Shown: positions 27,079 to 34,480 of the stretch, piece by piece
Layout: each line of letters starts with the position of its first letter
How positions within the stretch are numbered: position 1 is the stretch's first letter
The notes under the pieces: model-generated
Seen by the model: only the letters and a program-made list of their open reading frames with translations
Told to the model about the DNA's origin: nothing
Database searches by the model: none
Sequence record: SRR22947727_6145
DNA: 34,480 bases
Reading direction: 5' to 3' (one strand)
Translations under genes and position numbers: made by a program

Positions 27079-27680
27079 GATTCTTGGAGGGATTGGTCTG
27101 ATATTTTGCGATCGACGCAGGCTTTCAGCAATTCGCGGGCGCGTTGGAGGCGTTTGCGAATGGCTGCCGGAGAAACGCCGAGTGCTTCTGCGACTTCTTC
27201 GCCGTTTTGGTCATTGTAATAAAATTCGTTCACTGTTTCGCGAAGGTTCTCGGGAAGGCGTTCGAGGCACGATGACAAGGCATCAAAAACAGTGCGGTTT
27301 CCGGCCGCACTTTCGGCCTGCCAGGCGGCGATATCGGCGTCCATCTCAGCGATGTTGGTATCGGAATACTGATAACGCTTGTTTTTCCGAACCCACTCAC
27401 GCCATTTGTTGCGGACGATTCCACGCATCCATGTCGGGAAATCGCGGGTCACGTCAAACGTGTCCATTTTATCGAAAGCGACGATGAACGCTTCCTGAAC
27501 GATGTCATTTGCAGTGTTTGATTCGCGGGTCAGCGCCCGGGCGTAAACGATCAATTCGCGGTGATGCGCGCGCACCAAATCACCAAAAACAGCCGGATCA
27601 TGAAGATCTGGCTGGCTTTCAGAAAGCTGGTTCTCTACGTCGTTCGCGATGGCGGAAATGAGGTGCATTGGCTCGTTCAC
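27075..27680 (-). CDS. ECF-type RNA polymerase sigma-70 factor
   Basis: Region 2 (FGDLVRAHHREL, ANDIVQEAF, FPTWMRGIVRN) and region 4 (CLERLP, EEVAEALGVSPAAIRKRLQRARELL). The start is uncertain (27680 or 27668). Confidence 0.93.
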   Translation of the reverse strand: MNEPMHLISAIANDVENQLSESQPDLHDPAVFGDLVRAHHRELIVYARALTRESNTANDIVQEAFIVAFDKMDTFDVTRDFPTWMRGIVRNKWREWVRKNKRYQYSDTNIAEMDADIAAWQAESAAGNRTVFDALSSCLERLPENLRETVNEFYYNDQNGEEVAEALGVSPAAIRKRLQRARELLKACVDRKISDQSLQES

Positions 27681-27742
27681 AGTTAATTGCCCAATTTGGT
27701 AGGTTTTGTGACATGAAAATGCATGTCGTGGGCTCAGTTCGG

Positions 27743-29149
27743 CTATTTCGCAGGCGGCAATCGCTCATCGAGCTGAGTTTCGACTGGCTTGATGGTCGCT
27801 TTGTGGGCTTCAGCCGCTTTTTTCAGGTCTGCGATAACGGCGTCGTTTCCTTCGGCAATATCGAATTTCTCACGAGGATCGTGGCCAAGATGATAGAGCA
27901 ACGGTGGATCGTGTTCTTCGAGTTTCGCGCCTCTCACGTAGCTGATTTTGGTTTTGAAATGAGCTTTGTGCTGGCCTTTACGAACGGCGAATAGGGTTGC
28001 ACCGTGATAGTAGAACAGGTTTTCGCGGGGAGATTTTCCGGTTCCAAAAAGGACTGGAGAAAGATCGTGACCGTCATAAACGCGGTCATCGGGGAGTGTC
28101 GCGCCGGCCAGTTTGGCGAATGTTGGGAGTAAATCGAGCGTTGCGCCCATGTCGTGAACAATTCCCGTTTTCAACTTTCCAGGCCAATACATAACGGTCG
28201 GTTCGCGCATGCCACCTTCCCAGGTCGAGCCTTTGCCCTCGCGAAGCAGTCCTGCAGAGCCGCCGTGGGTATTGAAGCTGAGCCACGGACCGTTGTCTGA
28301 TGTGAAAACGACGAGCGTATTTTCAGCGACGCCATTTTTCTCTAGGGCTTCTCGAACCTGCCCGACTGACCAATCAATTTCTTCGATGACGTCGCCGTAA
28401 ATCCCTGCCGTTGAGGTGTCTTTGAAATCCGGTCCGCGAAATAGCGGAATGTGCGGGAGGCTGTGAGCGAGGTAGATGAAAAACGGTTTGTCACCGAATT
28501 CTTCGATCTTTTGCACGGCCTCTTCGGTGTAGCGCTTGGTAATCGTGCGCTGGTCAGCGGGGCGCTCGACTTCCTCGGTGTCACGCAGAAGCGGGACGTC
28601 GTAGGCTTTGAAATTTTCGTCTTCGGCGAGCTGCTGCTGGCTGACTTTTCGCTCGATTCGGTTCATGTCATTCGAATAGGGAATGCCGAAATAGCTGTCG
28701 AATCCGTGGCTTGTCGGGAGGAATTCCGGAAGGTGTCCCAAATGCCATTTTCCCACCGCGGCCGTTTCGTAACCGGCTCCTTTCAGCGCTTTAGCAATCG
28801 TGATTTCCGATGTTGGAAGTCCGCGAGCTGAATCCGGGAAAAGCACGCGGCGCTTGTCCGAACACATGCCATTTCGGATCGGGTAACGTCCGGTAAGAAG
28901 CCCTGCGCGGCTCGGCGTGCAAACACACGCTGCGACGTAAAAATTGGTCCACTTCTGGCCCTCAGCCGCCATTTTATCGATGTGAGGCGTTTTGATTGTC
29001 GGATGCCCAAATGTCGATAGATCGCCGTAACCGAGATCATCGCAGAAGATGACGACGAAGTTGGGTTGATCCGCTGCCGTGGCATTTACCGAGTCAAGGG
29101 CGGCGAAAAGCGCTATTGCAGCGTAAGTGAAAAGTGATCGTAGAATCAT
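27743..29149 (-). CDS. Sulfatase, S1 family (arylsulfatase A-like)
   Basis: Signal peptide, PNFVVIFCDDLGYGD, CTPSRAGLLTGRY, GKWHLG, GIPYSNDM, FTSDNGPW, GKGSTWEGGMR. Confidence 0.93.
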   Translation of the reverse strand: MILRSLFTYAAIALFAALDSVNATAADQPNFVVIFCDDLGYGDLSTFGHPTIKTPHIDKMAAEGQKWTNFYVAACVCTPSRAGLLTGRYPIRNGMCSDKRRVLFPDSARGLPTSEITIAKALKGAGYETAAVGKWHLGHLPEFLPTSHGFDSYFGIPYSNDMNRIERKVSQQQLAEDENFKAYDVPLLRDTEEVERPADQRTITKRYTEEAVQKIEEFGDKPFFIYLAHSLPHIPLFRGPDFKDTSTAGIYGDVIEEIDWSVGQVREALEKNGVAENTLVVFTSDNGPWLSFNTHGGSAGLLREGKGSTWEGGMREPTVMYWPGKLKTGIVHDMGATLDLLPTFAKLAGATLPDDRVYDGHDLSPVLFGTGKSPRENLFYYHGATLFAVRKGQHKAHFKTKISYVRGAKLEEHDPPLLYHLGHDPREKFDIAEGNDAVIADLKKAAEAHKATIKPVETQLDERLPPAK

Positions 29150-29219
29150 GTGGGCAGGATAGTGAATTTGCGGAAAACGCGCAATTCCGAAACCTGACGG
29201 ATTTGTGTGTTGGTCGAAT

Positions 29220-29711
29220 TTATGCCTCAGGATCTCTTTTCAGCCCTGTTACCCAGTTGATCACCAGCCACATTGGCACGATGCAAACAACACCGAAAGT
29301 GCAATCGATGAGTTGCCAGTAAAACGGGATTCCGCGAATGGGGCCGCAGATGAGTGCGATTGGAATTACGAGAATACAGGCCCAAAGCCCCACGTATAAA
29401 TTGCCGATGTAGCGGACGGGATCGCGAAAAACGGGAACGAAAAACAGGGCAATGATGATGTGCCCAAATGCCAACCAATCGGTGCCGTAAGCGATGAATG
29501 GATATGCTTTTTGCGTTTCAACCAGACCCTCGCGAACTTTCAAAATCCAGTGGGCAAGGCCCTCGTAATTGGCGGGATTGAAGTCAGCGCCTTTTACAAA
29601 AAAGGAAGAGAGTATTTCTAATTCCCACACGAGAGGGAATGCGGTGACTCCACTGACGATGAGCCCAAAGATGATGAAAGCGACGGCGAAGCGGATTTTT
29701 TTCAATGGCAT
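29220..29711 (-). CDS. Conserved hypothetical membrane protein (about 4 TM helices)
   Basis: GLIVSGVTAFPL, YPFIAYGTDWLAFGH, RDPVR, RGIPFYWQLIDC. The start is ATG29711 or GTG29753, the latter overlapping the upstream stop. Confidence 0.8.
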   Translation of the reverse strand: MPLKKIRFAVAFIIFGLIVSGVTAFPLVWELEILSSFFVKGADFNPANYEGLAHWILKVREGLVETQKAYPFIAYGTDWLAFGHIIIALFFVPVFRDPVRYIGNLYVGLWACILVIPIALICGPIRGIPFYWQLIDCTFGVVCIVPMWLVINWVTGLKRDPEA

Positions 29712-29749
29712 TCTATGAGAGATTACGCTGGTTTGTGCCAGCCGGTCAC

Positions 29750-31147
29750 TCACGAAATGATGTCTTTCAAAACATGCCCATGAACATCGGTGAGGCGAAA
29801 ATCCCGTCCGGCGTAGTTGTAAGTCAGCTTGGTGTGATCAAGCCCCATCAGATGTAAAATCGTGGCGTGCCAGTCGTGGGTGTGGACCTTGTTTTCGATC
29901 GCTTGATAACCGTATTCGTCGGTCGACCCGTAGCGCTGACCACCGTTCACTCCGCCGCCAGCCATCCATGAGGTGTAGCCTTTGTTGTTGTGATCACGCC
30001 CGTTTCCATTCTGCCCGTGTGGGGTGCGGCCAAATTCTCCTGACCAAACGATCAATGTATCTTTCAGCATGTCGCGCTGTTTCAAATCGGCGAGTAAGCC
30101 GGCAATCGGCTTGTCGATCGCGCCGCAGTTTTGCTCCATTGCATTGCTCAGATTTCGGTGGTGATCCCAGTTGCCTTGATTGACCTCGATGAAGCGAACG
30201 CCGGCCTCGGCCATGCGTCGTGCGGTTAAACACTGAGTTCCGAAACCCTGCGTCGCCCGATCATTCAGTCCATACATTTCGCGAATGTTCTCCGGCTCGG
30301 AATTGAAATCGAGAACGGTCGGAACCTCATCCTGCATACGAAAAGCGAGTTCGAAGGATTCAATCACGCCTTCGATTTCAGGATGAACCCGGTCGCGCTT
30401 TAGCTTTTCGATGTTGAGAGATTTGATGTAATCAAGCTGAACGCGCTGCAATTCGGGCGAGAGTTTTGAGTTTTTAATATTCGAAATCGTCGGAGTCGGC
30501 GCAGCTCCACCGCCACGTAGAAGCGCGCCGCGCTGAGCTTGTCCAACCGGCGTTCCCTGGTAAACAGCCGGCAAAAAAGCAGAGCCGTAATTTTGCGCGC
30601 CGCCATTTCCATTCGGGGGAGCGAGATTGATGAAGCCGGGAAGGCTATCGTTTTCAGTTCCCAAACCGTAAAGCGTCCATGCCCCGAGTGAAGGGCGCAC
30701 AAATTGGAAATTACCCGTGTGCATCTGCACAAATGCCTGGGGATGATTTGGCAAATCGGTGTGCATCGAATTGATGAGGCACAGGTCATCAGCGTGTTCG
30801 GCAAGGTTTGGGAACAGTGACGAAATTGGCAAACCGCTCTCGCCGTGCTGTTTAAATTCCCACGGAGAACCGAGCAATTTAGCAAAGCCTTTCGCGTTTT
30901 TTCCCGTGTCAGCGGTCAGTTGGGGCTTGTAGTCGAACGTATCGACGTGCGATGGACCGCCTTGCATGCAGAGAAAAATCACACGCTTGGCCTTTGGCGT
31001 GAAATGCGGAGCTTTCGCGGTGAGCGGGCTTTTCTGCTGCTCAGCCTGCATCGTGCTGAGCGCGGAGAATGCCATGTAACCGAAACCGGAAGCGGTGGCT
31101 TGGAGAGCCGTTCGGCGTGAGGGGAGAAACGGTAGATCTGAGTTCAT
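29750..31147 (-). CDS. DUF1501 domain protein
   Basis: Tat-like SRRTALQ, AKRVIFLCMQGGPSHVDTFDYKP, ARRMAEAGVRFIE, WDHH, GEFGRTP, GRDHN, RDFRLTDVHG. Confidence 0.93.
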   Translation of the reverse strand: MNSDLPFLPSRRTALQATASGFGYMAFSALSTMQAEQQKSPLTAKAPHFTPKAKRVIFLCMQGGPSHVDTFDYKPQLTADTGKNAKGFAKLLGSPWEFKQHGESGLPISSLFPNLAEHADDLCLINSMHTDLPNHPQAFVQMHTGNFQFVRPSLGAWTLYGLGTENDSLPGFINLAPPNGNGGAQNYGSAFLPAVYQGTPVGQAQRGALLRGGGAAPTPTISNIKNSKLSPELQRVQLDYIKSLNIEKLKRDRVHPEIEGVIESFELAFRMQDEVPTVLDFNSEPENIREMYGLNDRATQGFGTQCLTARRMAEAGVRFIEVNQGNWDHHRNLSNAMEQNCGAIDKPIAGLLADLKQRDMLKDTLIVWSGEFGRTPHGQNGNGRDHNNKGYTSWMAGGGVNGGQRYGSTDEYGYQAIENKVHTHDWHATILHLMGLDHTKLTYNYAGRDFRLTDVHGHVLKDIIS

Positions 31148-31189
31148 CGTTGTCGGAATAGGGGTTAAAAAGTGAGTTGGGATGCGGTT

Positions 31190-33715
31190 TCAGTTCACGT
31201 AGCGAAATTCAGCGCTCGACATCAGGCTTTGGCAAAAGGTGTGAAGCGCGAGTTTTGTGGCTTCGGCTTCGTTCAGGCCGGATTCCTTTGCGGTGCTGAT
31301 AAATCGTTCGAAATACGCTTTCGTTTTGCGACCTTCTTCTTCGGTCGGCGGCCTGGAATAGCAGAGGTGAAAAGCGGTGTAGCCGAGCTTTCCTCCGCGA
31401 AGATTCAGCTCGTTCGTGAGCAGGTTGCTCATGGCTTCTGCGTTCGTTTGCAGAAAATTCGAGTTCATCAAAAACAATGCCTGAGAAGGAACGGTCGTTG
31501 TTTCTCGAGCTCCAAGAACGAGGCTTGGATCTGCGAAATCAAAGAGCTGAAGCGAGTCTGGAAGCATGTCGCGGATAACCGGCACGTAGACTGAACGATT
31601 GCTGAAATTCGAGTTGGTCAGGTAATCTTCGACCGAACTGATGGCACCTGCCCGACCTACGAAACCGTTTCCTTGCGCCGCGACGATTGAACCTTGGGGC
31701 CGCTCCAAATCGATTTGGCCGCTCACTGCGAGTGTCGCATCGCGAAAGGATTCGGCGTCAATTCTACGTTTGTTAGTGCGCCAGAGTTGCTTGTTATCGG
31801 GGTCGGTGAGGAACTTTGCTTCGTCATAATCGGAGTTCATTCGATACGTCCGACTCGTGACAATTTCTTTGATCAGAGATTTCACCGACCATTCCATTTC
31901 GATGAATCGAACCGCGAGCTGATCAAGCAATTCAGGATGGGTTGGTTTTTCACCGGTCGTTCCGAAATTATCGACACTGGTGACCAGTCCCTGACCGAAC
32001 AGCCAATGCCACGTCCGATTCACAAACACGCGCGACGTCATCGGATTTTCGGGAGAAGTCATCCAGCGAGCCATTTGCAACCGACCACTCTGGGTCTCAG
32101 GGATCGGCCGCTCGTCATTGGTTTGAATTACCTGAACGAAGCCGCGTGGGACGGTTTCCTTGGTCGCGTTCTCAATTTCTCCACGAACTAAAATCGGAGA
32201 ATCGTAGAGCGTATCGCCGTCCTGCATTGCCATGGCGAGGGGCTTGCGATTTCCGTCGTTGTCGAAGGCTTCCAAATTGCTTTTCACAATCCCGCTCTGA
32301 TTGATGTTGTTCAATGACTGCAGGCGCAGTCGCTGGGCGGCGTCGGTATCGCCAGAGGCACGCGCTTCGCGGACTTTTTCCTCGGTCTCTCTCAGCTGTT
32401 TTGCGATCATGTCGTTGCGAGCCTGTAGATCGACGAGTTCACCAAGTGGTAGTTTTTCACCAGCTCTGGGAACGTTACCGGGAAGCTCTATGAGAGAGGT
32501 TGAGTTTCGATTCTGCGCAGTCCGGGGGGAGCCAAAATGAGTGTGGCTGCTGAGAAAAATTCCTGCCATGGCGTAGTAGTCTGACATTGGAATCGGATCG
32601 AACTTATGATCGTGGCAGCGAGCGCAGGCCACGGTTGTCGCAAGAACCGCTTTTGTGGCCGTGTCGATTTGCTCATCAATCATATCAAACCTGAACTGCC
32701 TCGGGTTCCGTTCATTGAGTCCTTTGGTGCCGATGGTTAGAAAACCGGTGGCGACAAGTTGTTCTGCTTGCTGTTCGTCAGTTTCGAATTGAAGGAGGTC
32801 ACCTGCAACTTGTTCGACCACAAATTGATCAAAGGGTTTGTCATCATTGAAGGCATCGATCACGTAATCCCGATAGCGCCAGGCGTGAGGAAAGGTCGCA
32901 TTGGATTCTCGGCCGCTTGATTCTGCGTATCGGGCAACGTCGAGCCAGTGCCGTCCCCAACGTTCGCCGAAGCGTTCGGAGGCAAGCAGTTCGTCGACCG
33001 CGTTGGCAGTGGCTTTGTCGGGATCCAAATCCCACGCCTTCACAAAGGCTTCCGTGGCGGCGATTGATGGCGGAAGCCCGATCAGATCGTAGTAGACGCG
33101 GCGAAGAAAGGTTCGCGCATCGGTGTCACTATTCGGCGCGAGCTCGTTTTTTTCTAAACTGGCGAGCACAAATTGATCAATCTCGTTTTTTGCCCAGTCG
33201 GCTTTTTTTGTTTGAGGAACTTCGTGTTTCGTAGGCACTTGATAAGCCCAGTGTTCCTTGCGCCCTTTTTCGATGTCGATCGTTGAACTGTATTTCTCCG
33301 CCGGTTTGTCCGCGTCAGCGCTGCGCCGTGGATCGGGTGCACCCATGTCGATCCATTTTTTGAAATCAGCCAGGACGTGATTCGGTAGTTTTGTTTTGGG
33401 CGGCATTTCGAGGGAGCTGTCCTCGTAGGTCATGGCGATATAGATGAGACTTTCTTCCGCGTTTCCGGGAGTGAGCGCTGATCCGGAATCACCACCCCGA
33501 ATCGAACCGTCGCGGGTATCGAGCAACAAACCGCCTTTGATTTTGTCACCTTCTTTGGCGTGGCACTTGTAGCAATTTTTTACCAAGACGGGACGAATTT
33601 TTGACTCAAAGAAATTGAGTTGCTCCTCAGAAAATTCGTCTGACTGGGTCATGGACATTTCCTGCGCGTTTGCAGAAACTGTGGCGGCGAGAAGGACAGC
33701 AAAAAATCGGTTCAT
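31190..33715 (-). CDS. Planctomycete cytochrome c + DUF1549 + DUF1553 protein
   Basis: Signal peptide from ATG33715, FFESKIRPVL..NCYKCH, HWAYQ, FGERWGRHWLDVARYAES, CARCHDHKFDPI, NFGTTGEKPTHPELLD, PSQALFLMNS. Confidence 0.93.
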   Translation of the reverse strand: MNRFFAVLLAATVSANAQEMSMTQSDEFSEEQLNFFESKIRPVLVKNCYKCHAKEGDKIKGGLLLDTRDGSIRGGDSGSALTPGNAEESLIYIAMTYEDSSLEMPPKTKLPNHVLADFKKWIDMGAPDPRRSADADKPAEKYSSTIDIEKGRKEHWAYQVPTKHEVPQTKKADWAKNEIDQFVLASLEKNELAPNSDTDARTFLRRVYYDLIGLPPSIAATEAFVKAWDLDPDKATANAVDELLASERFGERWGRHWLDVARYAESSGRESNATFPHAWRYRDYVIDAFNDDKPFDQFVVEQVAGDLLQFETDEQQAEQLVATGFLTIGTKGLNERNPRQFRFDMIDEQIDTATKAVLATTVACARCHDHKFDPIPMSDYYAMAGIFLSSHTHFGSPRTAQNRNSTSLIELPGNVPRAGEKLPLGELVDLQARNDMIAKQLRETEEKVREARASGDTDAAQRLRLQSLNNINQSGIVKSNLEAFDNDGNRKPLAMAMQDGDTLYDSPILVRGEIENATKETVPRGFVQVIQTNDERPIPETQSGRLQMARWMTSPENPMTSRVFVNRTWHWLFGQGLVTSVDNFGTTGEKPTHPELLDQLAVRFIEMEWSVKSLIKEIVTSRTYRMNSDYDEAKFLTDPDNKQLWRTNKRRIDAESFRDATLAVSGQIDLERPQGSIVAAQGNGFVGRAGAISSVEDYLTNSNFSNRSVYVPVIRDMLPDSLQLFDFADPSLVLGARETTTVPSQALFLMNSNFLQTNAEAMSNLLTNELNLRGGKLGYTAFHLCYSRPPTEEEGRKTKAYFERFISTAKESGLNEAEATKLALHTFCQSLMSSAEFRYVN

Positions 33716-33780
33716 GGAATTTTCAGGTTCGAGACATTCAACCGACTGCACACAAAAAAGTTTCTGAGAAAACCGTTTTT

Positions 33781-33825
33781 ACGAACCCACCCTGTTGATT
33801 CATTGAACGTACCCTATTGAATCGT
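33781..33825 (-). repeat. 45-bp element, copy 6 (two units in tandem, minus strand)
   Basis: Reverse complement ACGATTCAATAGGGTACGTTCAATGAATCAACAGGGTGGGTTCGT aligns without gaps to 433-477. Confidence 0.9.
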
Positions 33826-33893
33826 AAAGCCAATTTGGGCTATCAGATCAGGAGATGAACCGTTAGAAACGTTGTGTTAATGAGTCTAATTCG

Positions 33894-34480
33894 ATGATGA
33901 AATTTTTTCTGACAACCCTCTTCATTTTTTCAACTCTGGCTGCGAATGCAGTCGATCTCCCGTTGCGCATCAATGCGGGCGGTCCGGCAATCTGAAAGCC
34001 GAGTGATTCGGATTACTGGGTTGATGGGAAGGCGGGGTTAATTACCGCTTTGGAGGAGGGCACGACCTTTCAAACGTAAATGATCTGGGGCCGGAGAAGA
34101 TTTACGAAACGGTCCGGCATCAGAAATATCGCTACGAAATCAATGGGCTTCCGGCGGGAGATTATCGGGTGCGATTTCATTTCACTGAGGGAGTGAATAC
34201 CAACACGCGGGCAATGGATTATCGGATCAACGGCACGCTAGTAATCAATAATCTCAATATCTTAAAAACGGCTGGAGGCATCAAGAAAGCCTATGTCATC
34301 GATGTCCCACTGAAGCTAACGAAGCCAGAAAAAGTGGTTATTGAGGGTAATCAAGATAAGGAAACAGATATTTTCGAAGCGGGCCTTGAAATACTTCCAA
34401 TGAAGGGCGGGATTCCCGTAAAGACGAAATCTCGAAAGGCTCCCATTGTGGCGACGCCAATTCAGGTCGCCAAGTCGGGC
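33894..34480 (+). pseudogene. Disrupted secreted malectin-domain protein (runs off the right edge)
   Basis: ATG33894 gives MMKFFLTTLFIFSTLAANAVDLPLRINAGGPAI then in-frame TGA (33993-33995). After a frame change between 34025 and 34076 it continues IYETVR..YRYEINGLPAGDYRVRFHFTE...RAMDYRINGTLV..LNILKTAGG. Confidence 0.8.

Noticed and set aside
27984-28005. ACGGCGAATAGGGTTGCACCGT as another repeat unit
   Set aside because: Only the core matches, and it lies in a conserved sulfatase segment (YYHGATLFAVRKG), so it is probably chance.
33738-33766. GAAAC...CGGTT ECF-like promoter upstream of the DUF1549 gene (minus strand)
   Set aside because: A short, degenerate match with no second supporting instance in the window.
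33993-33995. In-frame TGA as selenocysteine or a recoded stop
   Set aside because: TGA is a normal stop in many genes here, I see no SECIS-like hairpin, and a frameshift follows anyway.

Overview
A gene-dense bacterial chromosomal segment of roughly 50% GC by eye. Its gene content (three Cys-type sulfatases, DUF1080, DUF1501, DUF1549/DUF1553 and DUF1592-type planctomycete cytochrome c proteins, an SHD1 fusion, a malectin domain) suggests a PVC-superphylum glycan degrader, most likely Verrucomicrobiota; this is inference. Housekeeping and metabolic genes include rluD, a UvrD/PcrA helicase, rbsK, a ROK protein, glpK, a lone dhaK, batD-batE, a hotdog thioesterase and a LolA-like protein. I found no rRNA, tRNA, CRISPR array or transposase. 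Three things stand out. (1) A dispersed family of 45-bp elements, each made of two 22-23-bp imperfect palindromes (consensus about ACGATCCAA-TAGGG-TTGGTTCGT). There are six full copies and two solo units, in tandem or head-to-head arrangement, and three loci overlap coding frames. (2) An ECF sigma factor coupled to a putative anti-sigma factor whose periplasmic domain resembles an LptA/OstA beta-jellyroll. (3) Three disrupted genes: an internally deleted XylR-type regulator, a frameshifted NlpC/P60 and a malectin-domain gene with a stop and a frameshift. All product calls come from reading motifs by eye; no searches were run.
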